DNA of 64,000 bases from Eledone cirrhosa (lineage: Eukaryota), in NCBI GenBank assembly GCA_964016885.1, contig OZ024745.1, positions 19,282,001 to 19,346,000 of the forward strand, given 5' to 3'. Made by a program: the position numbers and the translations under genes. Under the pieces are notes generated by a model. That model worked only from the letters and a program-made list of their open reading frames with translations. It made no database searches and was not told where the DNA came from. Within the stretch, counting starts at the first letter, position 1. The number at the start of each line of letters is the position of its first letter. Below are positions 25,572 through 38,826 of the stretch, piece by piece.

Positions 25572-26836
25572 AGGCCTTTGATAGGGTACCCCGATCTGTC
25601 ATCTGGTGGTCCCTAAGGAAGCTGGGTGTTGAGGAATGGCTTGTAAGAACAGTGCAAACTTTGTACAGAGGTACTCTCAGTAAAGTCAGGGTAGGAATGG
25701 AGTTTAGTGAGGAATTCCAGATACAAGTAGGAGTACATCAGGGTTCGGTCCTCAGCCCGCTCTTGTTCATTATAGTCCTCCAAGCCATAACAGAGGAGTT
25801 TAAGACTGGCTGTCCATGGGAACTTCTCTATGCTGACGATCTGGCTCTTATGGCAGAATCAGTAGAGGAGCTAGAGAATAAATTCCGGCTATGGAAACAG
25901 CAGTTGGAAGCAAGAGGACTGAGAGTAAATCTAGCTAAGACAAAAGTGTTGATGAGTAGAAAAGAGGATAAAACCCTGATTCCGTCAGGGAAATGGCCAT
26001 GTTCGATATGCAGAAAAGGAACTGGCATAAATTCTATAAAATGCACACAATGTAGGTCCTGGGTACACAAGAGATGTAGTGGGATAGCAGGCAAACTAAC
26101 AGGTAGGGAGAAATATGTATGCAGTAGATGTACAGGGAAATTAGACAGTAGAAGTCACACTGATAGACACATTTTTCAAATGCGAGAGGGCGCTATAGAA
26201 GTGGTGGATAGCTTCCGGTACCTAGGAGATCAGATTAGCATGGGAGGAGGGTGTTCCGAGGCCATAGTATCTAGAATAAGGACGGGTTGGAAGAAGTTTA
26301 GGGAGCTGCTTCCTCTGTTGACGAAGAAGGGTTTCTCCCTGCGTACGAAAGGCCGGTTGTATGATGCCTGTGTGAGGAGCGCGATGCTGCATGGTAGTGA
26401 GACATGGGCAGCTACCGCAGAAGATATGCGACGGCTGGAGAGAAATGAGGCAAGCATGCTCCGTTGGATGTGCAGTGTAAATGTGCGTGAACGACCCAGC
26501 ATAAATGTGTTGAGAGAGAAACTGTGTCTGAGAGGGATAGAATGTAGTGTACGGGAGAGGAGACTGAGGTGGTATGGACATGTGATGCGCATGGAGGATG
26601 ACCGATGGGTGAAGAAGTGCCAGGAAATGCCAGTTGAAGGAAGACGTGGTAGAGGTAGACCACGAAAAACATGGGCGGAGGTGGTGAGAACAGACCTCAG
26701 ATCATTGAAGCTCACGGTGGAGATGACGAGGGACCGTGACGAGTGGAGAGATGCTGTGCTGAATAAGACCCGTCCCACCCTTGCAAGCAGGGAAAAGCGG
26801 ACGTAAAATGATGATGATGATGATGATGATGATGAT
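25569..26836 (+). mobile_element. 5'-truncated RTE LINE of a third subfamily
   Basis: EKAFDRVPR...YADD...GRPRKTW; the ORF stops at 26806 directly at the (GAT)n tail. Confidence 0.92.
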
Positions 26837-27027
26837 ATCATCATCATCATCATCATCAACGTTTAACGTCCGTGTTCCATGCTTGCATGGGTTTGGACGG
26901 GGGTAGTCCCACTTGAGGCAAGAGTGATTGTCTTGCTCGCATAGGACTGTCTGGCAGGTTTTCTACAGTTGGATGCCCTTCCTAACACCAACCACATTTA
27001 CAGTGTGGGTCTGGGAGGTTTTTACCG
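26837..27027 (-). mobile_element. Inverted RTE 3'-end fragment
   Basis: Reverse complement of about 25302-25490, tail-to-tail with the preceding element. Confidence 0.85.
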
Positions 27028-27182
27028 TATATATATATATACTTATGTATATTTATATATGTATATAAATATATATATATATATATACTTATGTATATAC
27101 ATATATATTGATATCATCATCATCATCATTTTACGTCCGCTTTAAAAATGATGATGATGATATATATATATGTATATATATA

Positions 27183-27566
27183 TGTAGTGACCTACATTCC
27201 GCGAGCTCACATACATTCTCTGTGCGTGATTTGGCTCAGCTCAGCCAATCAACGCCAGTAGAAGAGGATGTATCCCTACGCGCCCTAAGGGAGACATTCC
27301 CCGCGAAGATTTGAAGAATCTCTCTCTCGCACCTGGAACTTCGAACCAGCAACACGTACATGTGACGGTGAGATTTTGCACCTTGGCTTGCCGGCCTTCC
27401 TTGGGCCTGGCACAATGGCACATTCCCTTTTGTAACCTCATTTTATGTGTAACTTCAACCATACAAGTTAACAAACATTATTTGTGCTACAACAAAAATA
27501 AACATACATTTTATCTCTAATTTCTGCTGTTGACATCATTATTATCTTACTCGTGTCTCAATAACA
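27183..27566 (+). mobile_element. Possible solo LTR
   Basis: TGTAGTGA...TCAATAACA ends, internal AATAAA, GC-richer island in (TA)n DNA; TSD imperfect. Confidence 0.4.
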
Positions 27567-27748
27567 TTTATATACTATGCGGCTTGTAAATATGTATGTA
27601 AATATATATGTATATATATATATATATATATATGTAAATATGTATGTAAATATATATGTATATATATATATATATATATATGTAAATATGTATGTAAATA
27701 TATATGTATATATATATATATATATATATGTAAATATGTATGTAAATA

Positions 27749-27786
<38 letters not shown>

Positions 27787-27792
27787 TGTATG

Positions 27793-27826
<34 letters not shown>

Positions 27827-27869
27827 TACATATATATATATATATAGATACATATATATATATATATAG

Positions 27870-27900
<31 letters not shown>

Positions 27901-27995
27901 CCTACCCCCCACTCTCCTGAGCGTGAAGCTAATAAACATTTGTCGTACTGCCTCTCTGTTCTGTCCCTGTTCAATTTTTTATTATATATATATAT

Positions 27996-30900
27996 AAGGA
28001 GGAGGTTATAGTTCACTTGAAGCATTGTGTAATGAGGTATAAACGTTTGAATATGTGTAATAAGGCCAAAACAATGCAGGTATGGACATAGAAAAAAGAA
28101 TGCAATAGTGAAAGATATTGATGAGAATTCGTCTTTCACCTTGAATTTATTTAAATGTCCTTAATTTTCGAGATAATATCTCTTCTTCGGAGGGAAGTAA
28201 AGGTCTCAAACCAGCGTCTTTAAATCTCTAGCCAAGCCATGCTGACCGGAAATAGTAAAGAGTATCTGTTCTAACTCTAATATCAAAGAATTAAAATTAG
28301 GTGGATAAAGAGTAGTCTCCCTTTAAGAGGGGTTTGATTAGGGTTTTTTTTTTTTTTTTTTTTTAATTTTATATACGTGCCTGTATATGTGTGTGGGAGA
28401 ATGCATGAAGGTGTAGGTATGTGGGTGTGTGTGTGTGAGTGTGGGAAGATAGGTCTAATCGTAAAAGTGGGGGGTAGGTGTTATCTGGTGTTAGAACTGG
28501 TTTTGTGTGTGTATGTGTGAGAGAGAATAAGTGGAGGTGTAAGCGTGTGTGTGTGCGCGTGCGTGTGTGTGTGGGGTGTGTAAAAATGGGGCTAGAGGCC
28601 CTATCAGGTTATAAATTGGGTGTTGAGCTCTAGTCTATTATTGATTGGTGGATGTGTTCTATCTATAATAAGTGCTTCCTTAATTCTAAGATTGCCGAGG
28701 TTTCTTTCCTTAGTTTCTATCCTAACTGTTATGTTTTTATCGGTGTTTTTGCATTTAACTAGGTGTTTCTTAAATGAGGAAGCGTTAGTATTGAGGTGTT
28801 CTTTTATTCTTATGTGGAGTGGTCTGGTGGTGCTACCTACGTAGAAGTTGTTGCATTTGTCACACTCTAGTCTGTATACTACGTAAGCCTGATGGCATAG
28901 GTCTGTGTCGTTGATGGGGCAGTTGGCTAGTCTGCAGCAGTTGTCATGTCTGGTGGAGTGTCTCTTGGCCAGCCGTCCGCGCAGAGAAGGACCCGAGTGG
29001 GCCAGTTGGATATCCAGTCCCTCTCGTCTGATGGCTCTGCGGATGGCTGTTGTTGTTTCTTCACTGAAGTGTGGGAGCTTCAGGAAGCAAGTGTTAGTGC
29101 CTCGGGTGTGGTGTCCTCTGTTCTTTCTGGCACGGTTTGTGGTGGATGTCGTGTATCCGTTCAGTTTGAGTACTTCTAGGAAATGTGTGGTGTGTGTGTC
29201 TCGGTCTCTGGCGTCGGTGCATTTGTTCTTGATACCTGCCAGTTCGTTCTTTATGTATCCGAACTTGGCACCGAGTGGGAGGGCCGATCTGAAATGTACG
29301 AACAGGTCCCTGCTGGCGGATTTTTTATAGAAGCAGGTGTGGATGTTGCCTTCCTCTGTTACCCTGAGTTGGAAGTCCAGTAGGGATAGGGATCCGCGGT
29401 CATCGGGGTGTTCCATGCTGAACTTTATACTGGCGTCCATGCTGGAGAATGTTGTGTATATTTTCTCTGCCTCCTCACGGGATGATGTAAGGATGAGTAT
29501 GTCATCTACATATCGGGTGAAGAAGGCATGGGAATGGCAGGTGTTGAGGGCTCGGCATTCTAGCTGGTTCATGTAGGTGATGGCCAGCAGGCCCGAAAGG
29601 CTGGATCCCATGGGTAATCCTGTTGTCTGTCTGTATGTGTGGTGGTGGAAGGTGAAGTACGTGTTGTCTACTGTGAAGGACAAAAGCTGGTGTATGTCCG
29701 TCGGGTGGAGGCCGTAGCAGTGGATGTCCTCTGCGACCACGCAGTCCCTCAATAAATCGACAGCTGGGTGAGCGGGGACTGTAGTGTAGAGGGAGACAAC
29801 ATCGAGGCTAAAGGCGTATCTATTTAGTTTAAGTTGTTCTGGCTGGAGTTGGTGTAGTCTACGTATGACTTCGTCGGAGCTACTGACATGCCTGGGGAAG
29901 GTGGAGAGTAGAGGCTTGAGGACCTGGGAGAGAAGCCAGGAAATTTTGTATAGGGGTCCTTCTATGCTAGAGACGATGGGTCTTATTTGCGTCTTAGTGC
30001 TATTCTTGTGGGTCTTGATGAGGTGGTAGAAAGTGGGCAGTCTGCTATTTCTAGTGGTGTAGTTGAGCTTAATTTTATTTGGGAGTTGTCTTCTCCTACA
30101 GATATCGAACCAAATGGAGTTGGTCTGTTTTTCGATTTGGGCTGTGTACAATTCACTGTGTACAATTCACTGTCGCTTAGGTGTTCGAAGGCTAGGTTAT
30201 TGTATGTGGCTTGAGAGATGACGCAGAACTCTTTACCTTTGTCGGATGGTAAGTAAATAAGTTCCTTATTCCGTAGGTTCTTCAGGGCGAGTTGTTGTGT
30301 CCTGGAGAGGTTAGGGGCCATCTTCTTCTGTTTCCGTAAGATGTTAAATACGGAATGTTTTAGTCTCGAGAGTTTTTCTTCCAGCTCGCGGTTGGCGGGC
30401 GGTGGATAGAGTGGGCGATCTAGTTGGTATATCGGGAATCTGGGTGTGGTGGATTCCGTGGTGTTGTTGTCGAGAGTCGATATCCATTTCAGTTGGTAGG
30501 CAGTCCAACAGAAATTTGTTTCTATGTCGAGCCATAGTCTGTCGTCCAGTCTCTGTTTCAATATGAACTTGGGACCCAGGCTGAGGAGGTCTAATTCCTC
30601 TCGGGAGAGGGATCCTGTCAAGTCTGTGACGAGGTATTTTGCGTCAGGTGTGTTGTTGGTCGGGGTGCCGCTAGGTTCGGTGTTGGTAACGTATTGTTCG
30701 CCTCTGTTGGTGTTTGGCGTTGGGATGTTGTTAAGACAGTTGGCCGTCCTGAGTTTGAGAAATGTTTGCGTTAGGCGTATTTTCTCGTAGTCTCGGCGGT
30801 GGTGGTATGACCTGTCTATAGTGGCGGAGATGACCCTGGACAGAGGTTCAGGGGTTTCAGCGAGTTGTGGTACAAGGCTGGAAATAGTCCGTATGTGATG

Positions 30901-31693
30901 TTGTAGCGTGCGGTGTAGGTGTTGTATGAGTTTTCTTAGGCAGAATTTTTGTATGTAACTGAGTGATTGTTTGAGGTCTGGTGATTTGAAGCATGTTGGT
31001 AGGTGTAAATTTTTGATGGTTTTGGGGATGATGTTGTTATTCAGGCATCGTTTTAGGAAGTTTATTTGGCAGCCGGCTTTGGCGCGCTTTTCAGATAGCT
31101 GGAAGAGTTTCTTTACAGTTGTGAACTGGGCCTGGCACAGGCGTAATGAAAGGAGGAGGTTATAGTTCACTTGAAGCATTGTGTAATGAGGTATAAACGT
31201 TTGAATATGTGTAATAAGGCCAAAACAATGCAGGTATGGACATAGAAAAAAGAATGCAATAGTGAAAGATATTGATGAGAATTCGTCTTTCACCTTGAAT
31301 TTATTTAAATGTCCTTAATTTTCGAGATAATATCTCTTCTTCGGAGGGAAGTAAAGGTCTCAAACCAGCGTCTTTAAATCTCTAGCCAAGCCATGCTGAC
31401 CGGAAATAGTAAAGAGTATCTGTTCTAACTCTAATATCACCTAATTTTAATTCTTTGATATTAGAGTTAGAACAGATACTCTTTACTATTTCCGGTCAGC
31501 ATGGCTTGGCTAGAGATTTAAAGACGCTGGTTTGAGACCTTTACTTCCCTCCGAAGAAGAGATATTATCTCGAAAATTAAGGACATTTAAATAAATTCAA
31601 GGTGAAAGACGAATTCTCATCAATATCTTTCACTATTGCATTCTTTTTTCTATGTCCATACCTGCATTGTTTTGGCCTTATTACACATATTCA

Positions 31694-31696
<3 letters not shown>
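27996..31696 (-). mobile_element. Penelope-like element (RT + GIY-YIG) with direct and inverted pLTRs
   Basis: ORF from about 31179 to 28604, split near 30150. Motifs RPIVS, SLDVVSLYT, GLPMGSSLS, RYVDD, VVY...YVG...RIKEH. 27996-28285 repeats 31150-31439; 31438-31696 is an inverted copy. Confidence 0.95.
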
Positions 31697-32716
<1,020 letters not shown>

Positions 32717-32879
32717 TTTCAGATCAAGAAAGTTCTGAAAAAACTTTACCATTTTTGATTGTCAGACTAATACAATACTTAAATATTAGTGTAGATCCTT
32801 GGAATAGGTGTTGTAGAGTGTAAAGTAAGCCCCTGACATGAAGCTGAGGAGAGGGGAAAAGGGCCTGTGACTGTTGGAA

Positions 32880-33170
32880 GCTCTCCAAGACTGGTGAGAT
32901 TGATGTAGTTGATGTCCAGCTTGACCTTCGGTAGGTTGACATCTGCAGGAAAAGGAAAAACATGGGTAGGGATGCATTTCCAGAGGGAAAGTAGTTATGG
33001 GCAAGAAGGATTGGGGACTGTTCAGTGAAGGTTTGGAGGGTGAGAAAATAGGGATAATGAAAAGAAGGAAAATAGATGCCTTGGATTGAAGAGGATATAC
33101 AGCCTGATACTTCAGAAGAACTGGTACCATTACAGTAGTGGTAAGAGAGACAAAGAGATATGTGTATTCA
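32880..33170 (-). mobile_element. Decayed CR1/Jockey-like LINE 3' remnant
   Basis: The minus frame LSYHYCNGTSSSEVSGCI resembles the LFY..Y.G.CSSEL C-terminal pattern of such LINEs; heavily degraded. Confidence 0.35.
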
Positions 33171-33539
33171 ATAGGGAAGTGTAGCTGCAGTGTAGAGACA
33201 TTCAAACAGTGTTAGACATGTGTATATATTCAATAAGTAAGTGTAGCTGCAGTGTAGAGACATTCAAACAGTGTAGCTACAATGTAGAACCTATCAAGCA
33301 GTGTTAGATATATGAATATCTTCAACAAGTGTAGCTACAGTGTAGAGACAGGAATCTTCAATAAGTGTAGCTACAGTGTAGGGACAGGAATCTTCAATAA
33401 GTGTAGCTGCAGTGTAGAGACTGTCAAGCAGTGTAAGGATGTAGAATAGCTAAATCTTGCTACAGTGTAGAAACTCTCATGCACAAATAGGTTGAGCAAT
33501 GATAGTTTAAGTAAGTGTTACTACCATGTTAGCTTCTCA

Positions 33540-34060
33540 AGCAGTGCTAGACATAGGAATGTAGGATAAGTGTTAATACAGTGTAGCAACCTTCAAGCAG
33601 TGTTAGAGATAGGAACGTAGGATAAGTGTTAATACGGTGTAGCGACCTTCAAGCAGTGTTAGAGATAGGAATGTAGGATAAGTGTTAATACAGTGTAGTG
33701 ACCTTCAAGCAGTGTTAGAGATAGGAATGTAGGATAAGTGTTACTACAGTGTAGTGACCTTCAAGCAGTGTTAGAGATAGGAATGTAGAATGAGTGTTAC
33801 TACAGTGTAGTGACCTTCAAGCAGTGTTAGAGATAGGAATGTAGGATAAGTGTTAATACAGTGTAGTGACCTTCAAGCAGTGTTAGAGATAGGAATGTAG
33901 GATAAGTGTTAATACAGTGTAGTGACCTTCAAGCAGTGTTAGAGATAGGAATGTAGAATGAGTGTTACTACAGTGTAGTGACCTTCAAGCAGTGTTAGAG
34001 ATAGGAATGTAGGATAAATGTGTAGCGACCTTCAAGCAGTGTTAGAGATACGAATGTGGA
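33540..34060. repeat. 56 bp minisatellite (~9 copies, degenerate upstream copies)
   Basis: Unit CAAGCAGTGTTAGAGATAGGAATGTAGGATAAGTGTTAATACAGTGTAGTGACCTT. Confidence 0.9.
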
Positions 34061-34904
34061 ATAGGTAAATGTTAATTTAGTGTAGAGACACTCAAACATA
34101 ACTGAATATATAAATGTAGGATAGGTAAGGTGTGTGGCTTTGTGGTTAGGTTGTTTGGTTCATGACTGTAAGGTCATAGTTTTGATTGCTGGACACATGT
34201 TGTGTCCTTGAGCAAGTTACTCTATTTCACATCGCCTCCACTCAGCTGGCAAAATTAAGTTGTGCCTGTAATTCAAGGACCATCCTAGTCTCACATTGTG
34301 TCAGGCTGAACCTCCCTGAGAACTAAGTTAAGGGTGTATATGTTTGTGGAATGCTCAGCCACTTACACAATTTCACAAGAACGCTGTTCTATTGAGCACT
34401 TGTCATTAAAACCATTGGAGGTCGAATAACAACAGTACTCTACAGAGTTTCACAAGTAGAGCCACTACTTCTCTGAATTGAGAGATTACAGCTCCAATAC
34501 TATGGACATGTGGCTAGAATGTCTCAGGAAAGAATTGCTGGATAGATTTTACAGGCAAAGCCAACCGGCAAAAGACCCAGGAGTAGACCCTGAGCAAGAT
34601 GGTTGGATAACATCCATGAGCTTGGCTGGTCTCGCTTGGAGATCCAGCCAGATCAGTTAGAAAAGGATTGCTTCTGAGAGGACCCACATGAAGGAGTGTT
34701 TAAGGACTCTTCCCCCACAACCCTCTCAGGAATATGTGGGCAAAGAAGAAAGTGTAGACTAGGGTAGATATATGAAGTCAGAATACAGGGTCAATAAAGA
34801 AATTAAATGTCTCATTTCATCTATTTATGTAGGTGTTTGTCACTGAGTAACATGTCTAATCTCTCAAACAAACATCTCAACTAATTTAAAGACATGTACA
34901 ATAC

Positions 34905-35240
34905 CCAGGAGAACCCAGCTAATCTAAAATGAGGCAAATTCTCAGGAGAGACTAGCTAATCCAAAATGAGGTAAATTCCCAGGAGAGACCAAATAACCTA
35001 AAATGAGGTAAATTCCCAGGAGAGACCCAATAACCTAAAATGAGGTAAATTCCCAGGAGAGACCAGCTAACCTAAAATGAGCTAAATTCCCAGGAGAGAC
35101 CAGCTAATTCAAACTGAGGCAAATTCCCAGGAGAGACCAGCTAATCTAAACTGAGGCAAATTCCCAGGAGAGACCAGCTAATTCAAACTGAGGCAAATTC
35201 CCAGGAGAGACCAGCTAACTCAAATACTGATACAATTCCC
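34905..35240. repeat. ~37 bp minisatellite
   Basis: Unit CCCAGGAGAGACCAGCTAATCTAAAATGAGGCAAATT. Confidence 0.9.
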
Positions 35241-35326
35241 AGAAGACAGCTAAAATAGACCAGGTTATAACAATAACTGCTGGCAGCTAATTAGATTCTA
35301 ATTAAATGTTAATGAAGATCAATTAC

Positions 35327-35428
35327 TTCTGTTTCTTTAATTATCTGGTCCACTTCTTTGGTAACATAGAAATGTGCTGTATCAACGAAACCCATTCTCC
35401 ATTCCACTCCATTATTTGTCTGGAATAG
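35327..35428 (-). CDS. XPR1: XPR1 coding exon 5
   Basis: 102 nt, LFQTNNGVEWRMGFVDTAHFYVTKEVDQIIKETE; cag acceptor, gtaat donor. Not in the ORF track. Confidence 0.92.
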
Positions 35429-35631
35429 CTGCAACAGATAAGAAACAATATATTAAGTATGTATACTTCACATCATATCTCTTACTGAATTATTTCTCCA
35501 TCCAGATTACACATGACTTACCTTTCAAGTCTACATTACACATTTAATTAATTATTGTCCACCATCTACAGCTCTTTTATAATTCTATATATCTCATTGC
35601 CATACAATCTCACACAACTGACATATACACC

Positions 35632-36251
35632 ATACATTCTTTCCCAGTCACTACAGGACTATAGTCTTTCCCAGTCACTACAGGACTATAGTCTTTCCCA
35701 GTCACTACAGGACTATAGTCTTTCCCAGTCACTACAGGACTATAGTCTTTCCCAGTCACTACAGGACTACATTCTTTCCCAGTCACTACAGGACTATAGT
35801 CTTTCCCAGTCACTACAGGACTATAGTCTTTCCCAGTCACTACAGGACTACATTCTTTCCCAGTCACTACAGGACTATAGTCTTTCCCAGTCACTACAAG
35901 ACTATAGTCTTTCCCAGTCACTACAGGACTATAGTTTTTCCCAGTCACTACAGGACTATAGTCTTTCCCAGTCACTACAGGACTATAGTCTTTCCCAGTC
36001 ACTACAGGACTACATTCTTTCCCAGTCACTACAGGACTATAGTCTTTCCCAGTCACTACAAGACTATAGTCTTTCCCAGTCACTACAGGACTATAGTCTT
36101 TCCCAGTCACTACAGGACTATAGTCTTTCCCAGTCACTACAGGACTATAGTCTTTCCCAGTCACTACAGGACTATAGTCTTTCCCAGTCACCACAGGACT
36201 ATAGTCTTTCCCAGTCACTACAGGACTATAGTCTTTCCCAGTCACTACAGG
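35632..36251. repeat. 24 bp minisatellite (~25 copies)
   Basis: Unit CTTTCCCAGTCACTACAGGACTATAGT-type; gives the SLSQSLQDY repeat ORF. Confidence 0.95.
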
Positions 36252-37258
36252 TCCTCTACTTCCATTGCCATACAATATCGTATCATTCATACATATAACA
36301 TATACCAGTCATAGAAAGTAATTAACCTTTCATGAACGTTTCTGTCTCACAATTATCTTATGAAAAGTCCAACACACTTTAGTATCAAACCTTTAATTAC
36401 TTAAATTTATAATTATATGTGATTCAATTAATTATGAAATAATCAAGAATTTGGAAGGATTTAGTCAAATAATTAGCATTTTCATTATTAAGCTGGTATA
36501 AGGTGGTGGATTGGCAGTATTATTAGAGGATCAAACATGCTTTGCAGCATAGAGTTACATCCCTTTAGGCTCTGAGTTAAATTTAATCAGCTTTGCCAAC
36601 CCCCAAAATTGTTGGCTTTGTGCCATTATGAGTGGTGGATTGACAGAATCTGTAGAGTGTTGGACAACGTTTTGTGGCTTAGAGTTATGTCCCTTTACAT
36701 TCTGATTTCAAATTCTACTGAGGTTAGTTTTGCCTGTCATCCTTACAGGGTTGATAAAATAAAGTACCAGTAACATACTAGTGTCAATTAGTCAGCTTTC
36801 CCTTCTCCAAAAGTTGTTGGCTTTGTGCCTAAATCAGAAACCATTACTAAGCTGGTATTTGGAACATAAGTAAATAAATGGTTACATAAATTACAACAGA
36901 ATGTTTTAAACTGCTTTAAACTGGAGGGGTTTTTTAAATACAGAATAAAAACAGAGGCAGTTTTGAGTAGCTTCAAAAGAATTAACCTAATGAAAAATAG
37001 TGTAAAAAATAAAAAAATATATGAGATAAAAATGTGATATGAGAATGAATTTTTGTGCCATGACAAAAAGCACCCAGTCCACACTGTACATGTGCTTGGC
37101 GTTAGGAAGGGCATCCAACCATAGAAACCTTGCCAGAAATCGTTCAATATGAGCAAGACACAGTCAGCCTTGTATGAATAAGACACAGCCATCTGATCAG
37201 GCTTGTCTCACAACAGGACAAGTCATTTAACCCATAGTAGCATTGAAAAATGGACATG

Positions 37259-37311
<53 letters not shown>

Positions 37312-37632
37312 GTGTAGGACAAAATGCTTTATGGTATTTATTTCAGCTGCTTGTGTTCAGAGTAAAAATTCTGCCATGGTTAATAAACTATCAATCAAAT
37401 ATGTCAGGTGAGCTCAAATCTCATTGCGGCCTATTTAATCCTTCGCCTATTTTAACACTAACAGCACCTCACTCATGGCTGTCTTTAACAGATTCCACTC
37501 TGCTAGGTTTCTGACTTCAGAGACCTTGAAAATCATCAGGAGAGCAGCCCTTCCCTTCCTGATTAAAGGATGAACAAGAAAAACTCAAAAAATGTAAACA
37601 ACAATGAAGAAGATATAACGAAAATGTCTTAC

Positions 37633-37913
37633 TTTGTCATGTTTTTTAAAAATTTTTCTAAATCCAGTAAAATTTAAAGTTTGATAATTTTGTAAGAGAA
37701 TCAAACTGAGATAAAATTCACTGAAGGCAAGTTTGAGATCATGCATCTTCCGAGTGTTAATAACTTTGGTGTTCTTCTCCTTAAATAACACATGTACACT
37801 GCCTCGTCTTCTCCGTAGAGATGTGTGGTGCAGTGCTTTCTCTTCAAGTTGTGAATATTCTTGCAGCTCAGCATTTAAGGTGGCAAATTTCCGAGTGGCT
37901 TCAGCAAATTTTT
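37633..37913 (-). CDS. XPR1: XPR1 coding exon 4 (SPX, lysine cluster)
   Basis: 281 nt, [10 protein letters not shown]...[36 protein letters not shown]; cag acceptor, gtaag donor. Confidence 0.96.
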
Positions 37914-38724
37914 CTGTGAAGAAAAGTGGATAGTGTAGTGTTGATAGCTTTGTTGAAAATATAGACATTTACATAAACATGTGGCAACGTAGAAAGTTCT
38001 GTAGACCACATATGGTAACCTAGACAATTCTGTAGACCTCATATGGTAACAGACAATTCTGTGAGCCACATGTGGTAGCACAGGCAGTTCTGTAGATGAG
38101 ATGTGGTAACCTAGGCAATTTTGTAGACCACATGTGGAAACAGGTAATTCTGTAGACCACATGTGAGTAATATAGATAGTTATTTTGAACACATGTGGGT
38201 AAAATAGATAGATGCAGGTAATGTAAATAGTTTATGTAGCCTACATGTTTGTAACACAGAGTTCTATATAATACATGTGAGTAGTATATAATACATGTGA
38301 AAGTTCTGTAGATCACGTGGGTATTGCAAACATTTATGTGGACAAAGAAGGCAACATATAGGTAATATAGTTTTTTAGGCCCCATGTGGGTAATATAGAC
38401 AGTTGTGTAGGCCACATGTGCATAGTACACAGTTGTGTAGGCTAACTGTGGGTATGGCAGACAGCTCTGTAAGCCACATGCGGCTAATATAATTAGTTCT
38501 ATACACCACATGTTAGTAACGCAGAAGGGAATACAATTTTCTTACATAAAATAATGATGGAAAGTTTTAATTTAAATATAAACACTTTAAAAATCAAATA
38601 ACTTTACATCATAGAACTAGGGCCATCTTTTTGTGGTTTGTTATCAAAAGAGCTAAGATATTGAAATTAATGATATCAGGTAGAAGATAGAGTGAACAGG
38701 TGAAATAAACAGACTTCTACTCAC

Positions 38725-38826
38725 CTGAGAAAAATGTATTGATCTTTGTCAGTTCTTTTTCACAGAATTGGAAAAAGCTTTCATCAAATCGTGTAAAATA
38801 TCTTTTGATAATAGCACTGTCAGTAA
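38725..38826 (-). CDS. XPR1: XPR1 coding exon 3
   Basis: 102 nt, (V)[33 protein letters not shown]; cag acceptor, gtgag donor. Confidence 0.95.

Noticed and set aside
20474-26859. Minus-strand ORFs overlapping the RTEs
   Set aside because: Antisense shadows of RT coding sequence.
35555-36298. SLSQSLQDY / SPVVTGKDY repeat ORFs
   Set aside because: A 24 bp minisatellite open on both strands inside XPR1 intron 4.
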